A stretch of DNA of 64,000 nucleotides from Deltaproteobacteria bacterium (GTDB lineage Bacteria > UBA10199 > GCA-002796325 > JACPFF01), in assembly GCA_016210045.1 (NCBI GenBank), contig JACQUX010000021.1, forward strand, positions 36,125 through 100,124. Direction: 5' to 3'. The position numbers and the translations under genes are program-made. Under the pieces are notes generated by a model, which did no database searches, was not told the DNA's origin, and worked only from the letters and a program-made list of their open reading frames with translations. This document shows, in pieces, positions 1-8,895 of the stretch (positions are counted from its first letter, which is position 1; every line of letters begins with the position of its first letter).

Positions 1-2
1 TC

Positions 3-353
3 TCCGGCGGCGAATGGCAGCGCGCCCAACTTGCCCGCGCGCTGGCGCAACAACCGCACCTGCTGCTGCTCGACGAGCCGACCTTGCACCTCGACCTCCA
101 CCACCAACACCATTTGATCGCACAACTCCGCACGCTCTGTGCCGACCGCCGACTGACGATCCTCTGCGCCCTCCACGACCTCAACCTCGCACTCCGCAAC
201 GCCGACCATCTGCTCCTCTTGTCCCACGGCACCATCGCCGCCGCCGGCACCCCCACCCAACTCGCCGACCCCGCCCTCTTCAGCCGCCTCTTCGACGTCC
301 CACTCCACTACGATACAGCCCTCTGCACCGGCCCCATCCCAGCCACCGAGTAA
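3..353 (+). CDS. ABC transporter ATP-binding protein, iron-siderophore/cobalamin type (5' partial, runs off window start)
   Basis: Frame from nt 3 reads SGGEWQRAQLARALAQQPHLLLLDEPTLHLD (ABC signature plus Walker B) and later LHDLNLA, typical of the FecE/BtuD family; directly upstream of a TonB gene. Confidence 0.9.
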   Translation, partial: SGGEWQRAQLARALAQQPHLLLLDEPTLHLDLHHQHHLIAQLRTLCADRRLTILCALHDLNLALRNADHLLLLSHGTIAAAGTPTQLADPALFSRLFDVPLHYDTALCTGPIPATE

Positions 354-357
354 CCCC

Positions 358-1050
358 ATGTCACTCCGCCCCGCCTTCATCCTCTTCACCCTCTACTCCC
401 TCCTCCTCCACACCCTCGCCCTCCATTTCGTATGGCAACAATTCGCTCCCCCACTCACCCCACCCCAACGCGTCGGCACTCCACACGACTCCAATGTCAT
501 CTTGGTAGATTTCATTCAGCCGAACGCAAGGACCATGGCGGCAAGTGAAGACGTAGGTTCAACACAACGGTCGGTCGGCGAGTCCCATCCGGGGGGACTT
601 GCGGAGCGCGCTGCATCCATGCGGATGAAACCGCAGCGCGCGAGCATGAGCGCGGCTTCGGCGCGTAAGCCGAAGCCGACGCGTGCCCCCCGGATGGGAC
701 TCGCCGACCGACCGTCCATGGTCGAGAATTTTCAAGAGCGACTCTCTGGAGAGACCGTACAAGGGGGCCATCAACCAACTGCCGACGCCACCCTCGCCCG
801 CATCTATGACCGCCTCGCCCGCGCGCGCCACTACCCGCCGCTCGCCCGCGCGCGCCGGCACGTCGGGAGTCCCGTCGTCCGTTTTCAAATTCAACCCGAT
901 GGTTCGATTGCCGACTTGAACTTACTCACGTCCTGCGGAATTCCGCTCCTCGATGACGCCGCCCTCCAAACCGTCCGCCGCGCCGCGCCCTTCCCCTACT
1001 TCCCCCGCCCCATCACCGTTCCGATCCAATACCGATTGAGCCCACAGTGA
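358..1050 (+). CDS. tonB: Energy transducer TonB family protein with an in-frame palindromic insert in its linker
   Basis: N-terminal TM helix; C-terminal TonB_C pattern (YPPLARARR..G..VVRFQIQPDGSI..LL.SCG.PLLD.AALQTVRRAAPFP..ITVPIQYRL). Confidence 0.85.
   Translation: MSLRPAFILFTLYSLLLHTLALHFVWQQFAPPLTPPQRVGTPHDSNVILVDFIQPNARTMAASEDVGSTQRSVGESHPGGLAERAASMRMKPQRASMSAASARKPKPTRAPRMGLADRPSMVENFQERLSGETVQGGHQPTADATLARIYDRLARARHYPPLARARRHVGSPVVRFQIQPDGSIADLNLLTSCGIPLLDDAALQTVRRAAPFPYFPRPITVPIQYRLSPQ
568..714 (+). repeat. Structured element family 1, copy 1 (29-bp perfect inverted arms around an 89-nt core with two hairpins), in-frame within tonB
   Basis: 568-596 CGGTCGGTCGGCGAGTCCCATCCGGGGGG is the exact reverse complement of 686-714; inner stems 607-614/633-640 and 655-662/669-676; length 147 nt = 49 codons. 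Confidence 0.9.
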
Positions 1051-1551
1051 ATCGAATTCGGCGACGGCCAGGTCGCCGCCGCCCGCACCGCCATCGACCA
1101 CGCCATCGAGATCGACCGCGCCCAAAGTCGACTATACCCTCATACGCAACTGTGGGCGGTGCGCATTGACATCGCCGCAGGGCGGTGGGCGGCGGCGGAG
1201 TCCCTCCTGCGAGCGCTCGATCGGCAGATGACCCAGGCGCGGCGGTTCTATCTCCCAGCGGTCGCGTGGTACGCCGTCGTGCTGCTGCACGAGACCGAAC
1301 TCGATGCGCTATCCACCCTCACCCAACAGCCGGCCTGGCCTGACCTCCCCGCGCGCTTCCGCGCGGCTATCGGGACCGCAGCCGGCGCAGCAGATGCCGC
1401 TCGGCGGTCCCTCGATCCGATCTATGCGGCACTCCGGGCGGACGCACGCGAGCTCGAGCAGATCCTCTTCGTCGGTCTCGCGGCCAAACGGGCCCGCGCG
1501 CGGGGCGCCATCGTCCGCAATCTCGGGTGGCGGATCGAGCGGCCGACGTGA
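1051..1551 (+). pseudogene. Start-less helical/TPR-like ORF remnant (or hypothetical protein from GTG 1159)
   Basis: Open frame begins immediately after the tonB TGA in the same frame with no upstream start or RBS; Ala-rich helical sequence. Confidence 0.4.
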
Positions 1552-1628
1552 ACCGGCGCTGAAGAGAAAACCATTTCCTGATCATGACGGCCTGGCAACA
1601 CCACTTGGAGCGGTCTCGAACTCGGCAG

Positions 1629-2801
1629 TCAGGATCGCACCGCAGGTAAGATCTCCCGCAAGAAGGTGCCGTAGGGCACGGCCAACGTGCCATCGGGGAA
1701 TCGCTCGCGATGCGTACCACCGTAGACGAGATACCGCTGGACCGGCTTATGCGCGATGTCGGCAAACGAGCGTAATCCGCCGAGGTCGCGCGCCGAAGTC
1801 TTGGATCCGGATTTACACTCGATCGCCAGGAGCGCCCTCCCGGTATCCAGCACCAAATCCACCTCCACGCCCGCTTCCGTGCGATACGCACTGGCCCGCC
1901 ACTCCCGGCGGTGTGCCCGCGCGTAACTCAGACATTGCAGAATGAACCACTGCTCGAACCGCGCCCCCCGTTCGACCGGGGTGACCGTGTGGCGGTGGAC
2001 ACCAAGAATAGCATTGCGCACGCCGAGATCAAAAAAAATGAAACGGTCGCGCTGCGACACGCGCCGTAACGACCATTTCGGCTGAAAAGAGGGGATCCGA
2101 TGCACGATGAGCGTATCCTCGAGAATGGAGAAAAAACGGCGAACCGTCTCTTTGGGGATTTCCCCGTCACTGGCGAGCTTCGAATAGTTGATCCACTGCC
2201 CACTGGCTTCGGCGGCGAGATCCAGAAACCGGGCGTACGTTCCCACGTCTTTGGTCAGGGCCTCGGCCTGGATCTCTTCGCGCAGATACACCGTGGCATA
2301 CGTGCCAAAAACAGCGTCTCCCTGTTCATGCTCGAGATCAATCCCCGGCAGCGTCCCGACCCGGAGCGCGCGGTCCAGGTCGAAGGCGTCTCCCAGCTCC
2401 CAGAAAGAGAGTGGGTCCAAATATTCCAAGAGGATGCGGCCAGGCAACAGATTGGCCCCACCCCGTTTTAATTTGCGTGCACTCGATCCCGTCAGCAGAA
2501 CGCGACGCGCGGGCGCTTCATCCAGCAGCGCTTGCACCGAATTTAGCAGCGCGGGGAGTCGCTGCACCTCATCGATGACCACCAATGCGGCGCGCGGCAC
2601 GGCCGCCACCCGGCGGCGCAGAAGGCCCGGATCCCGCGCATAACGCAGGAATTCTTCCTGATCCGCGAGGTTGATATTCAATGTCGGGTGCAGGCGATGG
2701 AGCAGCGTCGACTTGCCGACCTGCCTGGCGCCGAGCAACAGGACACTTTTCTTGCCACGCCGCAACCGCTCAAAGATTGCACGATCTATCATATGGGTCA
2801 T
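1629..2801 (-). CDS. AAA+ ATPase with DUF4143 C-terminal domain
   Basis: Walker A GARQVGKS, Walker B IDEVQ, TGSS motif, C-terminal EVDLV..AIECKS; start may be ATG 2792. Confidence 0.85.
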   Translation of the reverse strand: MTHMIDRAIFERLRRGKKSVLLLGARQVGKSTLLHRLHPTLNINLADQEEFLRYARDPGLLRRRVAAVPRAALVVIDEVQRLPALLNSVQALLDEAPARRVLLTGSSARKLKRGGANLLPGRILLEYLDPLSFWELGDAFDLDRALRVGTLPGIDLEHEQGDAVFGTYATVYLREEIQAEALTKDVGTYARFLDLAAEASGQWINYSKLASDGEIPKETVRRFFSILEDTLIVHRIPSFQPKWSLRRVSQRDRFIFFDLGVRNAILGVHRHTVTPVERGARFEQWFILQCLSYARAHRREWRASAYRTEAGVEVDLVLDTGRALLAIECKSGSKTSARDLGGLRSFADIAHKPVQRYLVYGGTHRERFPDGTLAVPYGTFLREILPAVRS

Positions 2802-2819
2802 TTACGTCCATAATGACCC
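2795..2819. promoter_or_regulatory. 8-bp inverted repeat over the AAA-DUF4143 start, possible operator
   Basis: GGGTCATT (2795-2802) ... AATGACCC (2812-2819). Confidence 0.35.
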
Positions 2820-3003
2820 ACTGTCAGGACGGCCGGAAATACCGCGCTGAGCACGACGTCGGCCGCCAGCCTCCTGATCACCACCGAGGCGCAGGTCTCA
2901 CGACCTTCGCCCCGGGTGATTTCCCAGCCCACCACCACACCATCAAAGACGAGCTGCGATTCATGTGGTTTGAAGGTTGATCGGGTGCACGCGCTGTGCA
3001 AAG

Positions 3004-3204
3004 ATGGCACAGATGCATTCACCACTCGCCACAAAACCTCCGCCGCCGCGGCTCACCGCACCGCAACGACTCGAACAAGCATTCAATCTCTTTTGGACGG
3101 CACGTGCGCTGAAAGAGGCGTGGTTGCGGCAAAGCCAACCCGAGGCGGGAGCAGCCGAGATTCAGCGGCAATTGCGCCGCTGGGTGTTATTCTCGCGGAG
3201 TTGA
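3004..3204 (+). CDS. Small hypothetical protein, putative partner/antitoxin of the downstream nucleotidyltransferase
   Basis: 66-aa helical ORF (MAQMHSPLAT...RRWVLFSRS) immediately upstream of the NTase gene on the same strand. Confidence 0.6.
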   Translation: MAQMHSPLATKPPPPRLTAPQRLEQAFNLFWTARALKEAWLRQSQPEAGAAEIQRQLRRWVLFSRS

Positions 3205-3229
3205 TGGCGCGTATTCCGTGGGCTCCCCG

Positions 3230-3796
3230 ATGCCGACCAACCTCCTGGCCCTCTTCACAACCCCACTCGAAACGGCGCGCATTCCCTATATGATCACGGG
3301 AAGCATGGCGGCGATTGTGTACGGCGACCCACGACTCACGCATGATGTCGATATCGTGCTCGCGCTGCGAACGGCCCAGCTACCCGCATTACTTGCGGCC
3401 TTCCCGCTCGTTGATTTCTACGCACCGCCTGAGGACACTGTGACCGCGGAGCTGGCACGGGGCCAGCGCGGCCACTTCAACATCATTCATCATGCCACAG
3501 GCTTTAAAGCGGACATGTATCTCGTTGGCCGAGACCCGATCCATCACTGGGCACTCTCGCGCACCACGACACTGACGGTGGGTACACAATCAGTACGAAT
3601 TGCGCCGCCGGAATATGTCATTATTCGCAAGTTGGAATTCTTTCGCGAAGGGGGGAGCGAAAAACATCTGCTCGACATTCGCAGTATGCTCGCCCACTCG
3701 CGTGCCCAGATTGATCAAGCCCTCCTCGATCAATGGATCGCACAGCGCGGCGTGCGGCCGCAATGGGACCAAGTGCTGATCGAAAAAACTCCCTAA
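3230..3796 (+). CDS. Pol-beta superfamily nucleotidyltransferase (AbiEii/DUF6036-like)
   Basis: Motif ITGSMAAIVYGDPRLTHDVDIV (GS...DxD) and later PEYVIIRKL...EKHLLDI. Confidence 0.75.
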   Translation: MPTNLLALFTTPLETARIPYMITGSMAAIVYGDPRLTHDVDIVLALRTAQLPALLAAFPLVDFYAPPEDTVTAELARGQRGHFNIIHHATGFKADMYLVGRDPIHHWALSRTTTLTVGTQSVRIAPPEYVIIRKLEFFREGGSEKHLLDIRSMLAHSRAQIDQALLDQWIAQRGVRPQWDQVLIEKTP

Positions 3797-3845
3797 CGAG
3801 CGCCCCGAGGGACAGCAACAAGTCATGCATTGAATAACGCGGGCC

Positions 3846-4172
3846 CTAACTCGCTTCCGATTCATCCAATCCCGGATCTTCCTTCATATCCGTCGGATCC
3901 AGCGGCACCAAGTCGGGCAGCGAACGGAATTCATCACGCGGATGCGCCGGCTGATACAACCGCAACGGCAACCCCGGCCGATCCGCCTGCAGCAGTAATT
4001 CATCACCCTCCAGCAGCTCGCCCTCCAGGGTCTCCGCCGACTCATCCGCCGCAGACCCTTCCGCCGCCAACACCTCGTCGTCTGCCACTTCCTGGACCGA
4101 CGCCTCCACTCCCGCACTACACAGCAACACGCTGAAACACCCCATCACGATGTACCAATTCAGCTTCACCAT
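3846..4172 (-). CDS. Secreted acidic hypothetical protein
   Basis: GGAGGT RBS before ATG 4172; signal peptide MVKLNWYIVMGCFSVLLCSAGVEA followed by an Asp/Glu-rich body. Confidence 0.6.
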   Translation of the reverse strand: MVKLNWYIVMGCFSVLLCSAGVEASVQEVADDEVLAAEGSAADESAETLEGELLEGDELLLQADRPGLPLRLYQPAHPRDEFRSLPDLVPLDPTDMKEDPGLDESEAS

Positions 4173-4311
4173 ACCCCACCTCCGTTCCATGTGCGGCCCC
4201 ATTATAGGCCCGACCTTCAGAAACGCCAGTGCTTTGTTCGCATAAAGTTGTATCCCTGACAACCCCATATTCGACGCAACCAAACGGAGAACCCGGGCCC
4301 GGTTGAGCAAC

Positions 4312-4461
4312 GGCCGGGAGGGCGTACCGGGGGCCGCAGGGGCTCTCGGAGCCGATTTCTCCTTGCGAAATCTAATGACAAAATCGGCGAGGGCGAGCGG
4401 CGACTCGCCTCGATGGCGAGTCGACCGCGTACCCTGCGGCCCCCGGTACGCCCTCCCGGCC
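4312..4461 (+). repeat. Structured element family 1, copy 2 (30-bp perfect arms around a 90-nt core), upstream of asnS
   Basis: 4312-4341 is the exact reverse complement of 4432-4461; core nearly identical to 27989-28078. Confidence 0.9.
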
Positions 4462-4531
4462 CCCCGAACGCAAGCACCGCAATGCACCACAACCCCTTGC
4501 ACTTCCCCCGCGAACCCGCTATCGGCGGCGC

Positions 4532-5827
4532 ATGAACGCCACCATCTTCGCCTCCCAACTCCCCGCCCATCTCGGACAAACCGTCACCCTCCGTGGCTGG
4601 GCCTACAACAAACGCTCTTCCGGAAAAATCCTCTTCCTCCAACTACGCGACGGCTCCGGCTTTACCCAAGTCGTGTACAACGCCGAGACCTTGCCCGCCG
4701 AGACCTGGCAGGCCATCGACACCTTGCCGCTCGAATCCTCCCTGACCTGCACCGGCACCGTCTCCAAACATCCGCGCCGTGAGGAGTATGAACTGCAAGG
4801 CACCGCCGCCCACGTCGTGCATCGCGCCGCCGAATATCCGATCGGCAAAAAAGAACACGGCCCTGATTTTCTGCTCGACCAACGCCATCTCTGGCTCCGC
4901 TCCCGCAAACAATGGGCGATCCAGCGCATCCGCGACACCGTCATCCAAGCCACGTTCGACCACCTCCACGCCCAAGGGTTCATCAAGATCGACACCCCGA
5001 TCTTCACCCCCACGGCCTGCGAAGGGACCACGACGCTCTTTGAAGTGCCCTACTTCGACCTCGGCAAGGCCTATCTGGCTCAGTCGGGCCAGCTCTATCT
5101 CGAAGCCGCGATCTTTGCACACGGGCGAGCCTTCGACTTCGGCCCGGTCTTCCGCGCGGAGAAGAGCAAGACGCGGCGCCACCTCACTGAGTTTTGGATG
5201 ATGGACGCCGAAGCGGCCTTCGTGGAGCACGACGAAAATTTGGCCATTCAAGAACAACTGGTCAGCGCCATCGTCCAAGCCGTCTTAATCAAACATCCAA
5301 CCGAGTTGGCGTTGCTCGAGCGCAATACGGATGCATTGGCGCGGGTCACACCACCGTTTTATCGGATCACACACGCCGCCGCGATCGACAAACTCCGCAC
5401 GCTCGGCTCCGACATCCAACCGAACGACGACCTCGGCGGCGACGACGAAACGTTGCTTTCGAATCAATTCGACAAACCGATCTTCGTGGAAAAATATCCC
5501 GCCCATGTCAAAGCGTTTTATATGAAGCGCGATCCGCAAGACCCAACCCGCGCGCTGTGCGCCGATCTGCTGGCTCCGGAAGGTTTCGGCGAAATCATCG
5601 GCGGCTCGCAACGCGAAGACGACTTCGACACGCTCCGCACCCGCATCGTGGAACACGGACTCTCGATCGAGCCGTTCCAATGGTATCTCGACTTGCGCCG
5701 CTACGGGAGCGTCCCGCACAGCGGCTTCGGTTACGGCCTGGAGCGGATTGTCGGCTGGCTCTGCGGCACCCCCCACGTCCGCGAAACCATCCCCTTCCCC
5801 CGCATGCTGCACCGCCTGACGCCGTAA
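4532..5827 (+). CDS. asnS: Asparagine--tRNA ligase
   Basis: OB-fold N-terminus (LRGWAYNKRSSGKILFLQLRDGSG), motif 2 FRAEKSKTRRHLTEFWM, IIGGSQRE, motif 3 YGSVPHSGFGYGLER. Confidence 0.97.
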   Translation: MNATIFASQLPAHLGQTVTLRGWAYNKRSSGKILFLQLRDGSGFTQVVYNAETLPAETWQAIDTLPLESSLTCTGTVSKHPRREEYELQGTAAHVVHRAAEYPIGKKEHGPDFLLDQRHLWLRSRKQWAIQRIRDTVIQATFDHLHAQGFIKIDTPIFTPTACEGTTTLFEVPYFDLGKAYLAQSGQLYLEAAIFAHGRAFDFGPVFRAEKSKTRRHLTEFWMMDAEAAFVEHDENLAIQEQLVSAIVQAVLIKHPTELALLERNTDALARVTPPFYRITHAAAIDKLRTLGSDIQPNDDLGGDDETLLSNQFDKPIFVEKYPAHVKAFYMKRDPQDPTRALCADLLAPEGFGEIIGGSQREDDFDTLRTRIVEHGLSIEPFQWYLDLRRYGSVPHSGFGYGLERIVGWLCGTPHVRETIPFPRMLHRLTP

Positions 5828-5836
5828 CCACTCGTC

Positions 5837-6256
5837 TCACACTTCGAGGATCCGACACGGCACATGCTCGGCAATGAGACGGAAATCGCGATGGTTCGCA
5901 GTCCATAATTCGGATCCAAGACGGGCCGCGCTCAGGGCAATGAGTACATCGTTCACAAGCCGCACCTTGCGGATCGTTTCGAAACCGTGCTGCATCCCAA
6001 TCGCGGCCAATACCTTGCCACAGCGGATCCATTCCTGTTCGTTGGGCACCACGACACGCTCGTGCTCTGCAAACGTTTCATGCAGCGCATCGAGCAGTTG
6101 CGTCGTCCGCCGGTCAACGGCGCCTGCGAGGAGTTCTTGAAGCACAACTGCACTCAAGTACAAGATGGCGTTTGGGGATTGGAGCAATGGGAGAGGCGCG
6201 GTGCCATTCCGCAGCCACGGGATATAGACCGATGTATCCAACAGGACTTTAGCCAC
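5837..6256 (-). CDS. vapC: PIN-domain VapC-type toxin
   Basis: VLLDTSVYI, SAVVLQEL and NDVLIALSA..LWTANHRDF motifs; GTG start overlaps the antitoxin stop. Confidence 0.85.
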   Translation of the reverse strand: MAKVLLDTSVYIPWLRNGTAPLPLLQSPNAILYLSAVVLQELLAGAVDRRTTQLLDALHETFAEHERVVVPNEQEWIRCGKVLAAIGMQHGFETIRKVRLVNDVLIALSAARLGSELWTANHRDFRLIAEHVPCRILEV

Positions 6257-6452
6257 GCTGCGTACTCTGGTCCATATCCTCGAGTCGACACCGCCCCATA
6301 ATCCGCCGATGCCCATCCGCAATCGCGGCATTCGCGATCACCAGGTTCAAGGCCGCCTCCACCGCAGCGGTATCCGTGTCAACTTGGAGAATCCGCCGCA
6401 CTTGGCGAATCTTCGCGGCCTCGAGAATAAACTGTTTGCGCACCTTTGCCAT
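6249..6452 (-). CDS. vapB: VapB-type antitoxin
   Basis: 67 aa with GGAGGT RBS, upstream of and overlapping the PIN gene; TDTAAVEAAL pattern. Confidence 0.75.
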   Translation of the reverse strand: MAKVRKQFILEAAKIRQVRRILQVDTDTAAVEAALNLVIANAAIADGHRRIMGRCRLEDMDQSTQRG

Positions 6453-6460
6453 ACCACCTC

Positions 6461-6499
6461 CATGTGTGTATATAATTACATATCATACACACATGTCAA
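6461..6499 (-). promoter_or_regulatory. vapBC promoter/operator: 11-bp inverted repeat plus TTGACA
   Basis: CATGTGTGTAT (6461-6471) / ATACACACATG (6485-6495); TTGACA on the minus strand at 6499-6494. Confidence 0.65.
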
Positions 6500-7470
6500 C
6501 ATATGATTCGGCACAGTCCCATTTGCTGCAACCACGCGACGGTTCGCTGCGCGGTCTCGGGAAACGGGCGAAAGACCATCCCCAGCTCGCGGCAGGCCTT
6601 GGTGTTGGAATAATAAAAATACGCCGTCGCCGCGCGCGCCATCACGGGCGTCAGCGTCGGGCGACGGCCGAACACACGCGCCACGACGGCGATCGCTCCA
6701 GCCCCGAGGCGAATCAGCCACCCAGGCAACGTGACGAACGGACCGCGCCGTCCGAGGCATTGCGCGAAAATCCGGCCGACCGCACGATACGGGAGATTTT
6801 CCGCCGTTAGAATGTAACGCTCGCCGGACCGCCCCCGTTGCCAAGCCCGCAGCATGCCTTCGACCACGTCATCCACATCGACGACCGACATCCCGCCCGG
6901 CGCACTGACCCAACTGACCAGCCCACGCACATACGCCGCACGCCGCCGATCCCCCGGGCCATAAATCGTGCCCGGATTGACCATCACCGCATCGAGGCCA
7001 TTGGCCACAGCGGCACGCACGATCTCTTCCGCCGCCCGCTTCGATTCGGCGTAATTGTTGCGCAACGGTCCCGCATTGTACGGACACGTCTCATCGACCG
7101 GAACGCCATCGGGGGCATAGCCGACCGCCGCCACGGAGCTGACATGCACTAATCGCCGCACCCCGTGCCGCACACAGGCCGCGACGACATGTCGTGTCCC
7201 CTCGATGTTAGTGGCATTTTGCTCCGCGTTGCGGTCATCCCAATATTGAATGAGCGCAGCGGAATGGAAAACGGTTGCACACCCCGCCACCGCACGATCA
7301 ACCGCTGCCGCATCGGTCAAATCGCCGATCACTTCTTCAACCGGTGCACCGCACAGCGCGTCCATTGGCGCCGCGGCACGCCGCAAGATACGGACGGGCT
7401 GCCCGTCGGCGCACAGTCGCCGTACTAAGGCCGAGCCCAGAAATCCGGTAGCACCCGTCACGAGAATCAC
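6496..7470 (-). CDS. NAD-dependent epimerase/dehydratase (extended SDR, HpnA/dihydroflavonol reductase-like)
   Basis: ILVTGATGFLG, HVSS and YAESKRAAE (YxxxK) motifs; GTG start overlaps the rocD TGA. Confidence 0.9.
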   Translation of the reverse strand: MILVTGATGFLGSALVRRLCADGQPVRILRRAAAPMDALCGAPVEEVIGDLTDAAAVDRAVAGCATVFHSAALIQYWDDRNAEQNATNIEGTRHVVAACVRHGVRRLVHVSSVAAVGYAPDGVPVDETCPYNAGPLRNNYAESKRAAEEIVRAAVANGLDAVMVNPGTIYGPGDRRRAAYVRGLVSWVSAPGGMSVVDVDDVVEGMLRAWQRGRSGERYILTAENLPYRAVGRIFAQCLGRRGPFVTLPGWLIRLGAGAIAVVARVFGRRPTLTPVMARAATAYFYYSNTKACRELGMVFRPFPETAQRTVAWLQQMGLCRIIC

Positions 7471-8672
7471 TGCAGAATTTTGGCGATCTTCGGCAACGCC
7501 CAATCGATCGTCTCGCGGTCGATCACCAGCGGCGGCGCGAAACGGATCACTTGGTCGTGGGTTTCTTTCGCCAGAATCCCATCCGCAAAGAGTCGTTCGC
7601 AATACGGACGCGCCTTGCCGTAACTCTTTTTAATTTCCACGCCGATCAGCAATCCGCGCCCGCGCACCGTTTCCACGCAGGCCGCCTGAATTTTCTTCAA
7701 CTCACCGAGGAAATACGTCCCCAGTTCCGCCGCGCGTTCCGATAAGCGTTCGTCCCGAATCACACCCAACGCGGCCCGCCCGATCGCGCACGCCAATGGA
7801 TTGCCGCCAAACGTCGAACCGTGGTTCCCCGGTTCAAAGGCCGCGTCCATGATCGCGCGACTCGCCACGACGGCTGACACGGGGTAACATCCGCCACTCA
7901 ACGCCTTGCCGATAATCACGAGGTCGGGCCGCACTCCGTCGTGTTCGCACGCGAAGAGCCGTCCGGTGCGACCGAGTCCGGTCTGAATTTCGTCGGCCAT
8001 GAAGAGCACTTGATGCTGCGTACACAACGCGCGGAGGGCTTGCAGATATCCCGCCGGCGGAATGATCACGCCACCTTCACCTTGGATCGGCTCCACCAAC
8101 ACCGCGACGGTATGGGGCGTGATCGCCCGCGCAATCGCTTCCGCGTCGCCGTAGGGAACGATCGTAAATCCAGGCGTAAACGGGCCGAAGCCTTCGCGAT
8201 AGGCCGCTTCCGTGGAAAAACTGATCACACTGATCGTCCGTCCGTGGAAATTGTTCTGGCAACAGATGATCTCGGCCCGATCAGCCGGGACCCCTTTGAC
8301 TCGATATCCCCAACGCCGCGCCGCTTTTAACGCCGTCTCCACGGCCTCCGCGCCGCTGTTCATCAGCAGCGCATTTTCAAAGCCGGTGGTCTCGCACAAT
8401 TCCCGCAGGAACGGTCCCATTTGATCATTGTGAAAGGCGCGTGACGTGAGCGTGAGCTTTTCCGCTTGTTCCACGAGCGCCGCGATAATCTTCGGATGCC
8501 GATGTCCCTGATTCAGCGCGGAATAGGCGGACAACATGTCACAATACTTTTTTCCTTCCACATCCCAGACCCAACATCCCTCGCCCTTCGCCAACACGAC
8601 CGGCAATGGATGATAGTTATGGGCGCTATACTGTTCGACTTCTTGTAGATACTGTGGGGTAGTCGTCGGCAT
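7467..8672 (-). CDS. rocD: Ornithine--oxo-acid transaminase
   Basis: AHNYHPLPVV, DMLSAYSALNQGHRHP, MNSGAEAVETALK, DEIQTGLGRTG, GKALSGG, HGSTFGGNPLA. Confidence 0.95.
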   Translation of the reverse strand: MPTTTPQYLQEVEQYSAHNYHPLPVVLAKGEGCWVWDVEGKKYCDMLSAYSALNQGHRHPKIIAALVEQAEKLTLTSRAFHNDQMGPFLRELCETTGFENALLMNSGAEAVETALKAARRWGYRVKGVPADRAEIICCQNNFHGRTISVISFSTEAAYREGFGPFTPGFTIVPYGDAEAIARAITPHTVAVLVEPIQGEGGVIIPPAGYLQALRALCTQHQVLFMADEIQTGLGRTGRLFACEHDGVRPDLVIIGKALSGGCYPVSAVVASRAIMDAAFEPGNHGSTFGGNPLACAIGRAALGVIRDERLSERAAELGTYFLGELKKIQAACVETVRGRGLLIGVEIKKSYGKARPYCERLFADGILAKETHDQVIRFAPPLVIDRETIDWALPKIAKILQ

Positions 8673-8895
8673 AAATTCTCCTTAAAGGTTGTGATCAGAT
8701 GCGCGCGCTTCTGCTATAACTCTGACGTCGAGTCAATCCCGATCCCAATCAAATCTCATGGCACCACTCTGTCTGACAACGATCATATGATGCGGTGAGA
8801 TTGATCAACGCCCTTTTGCGGATGCCGTGGCACGGTTCAATCAGCAGTGCGAATTCCTTTGCGGTGATACCGCAATATGCTATGCGCGGAACGTC

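Noticed and set aside
3846-4502. 218-aa ORF as called in the track
   Set aside because: The N-terminal extension reads through the family-1 palindrome; RBS and signal peptide support ATG 4172.
4312-4531. T-box riboswitch upstream of asnS
   Set aside because: No T-box consensus, specifier loop or terminator; the same element occurs before rsmD and inside tonB.
8773-8786. FNR box upstream of the regulator or rocD (CTGAC-AACG-ATCAT)
   Set aside because: Two mismatches to consensus and no -10 at class II spacing on either strand.
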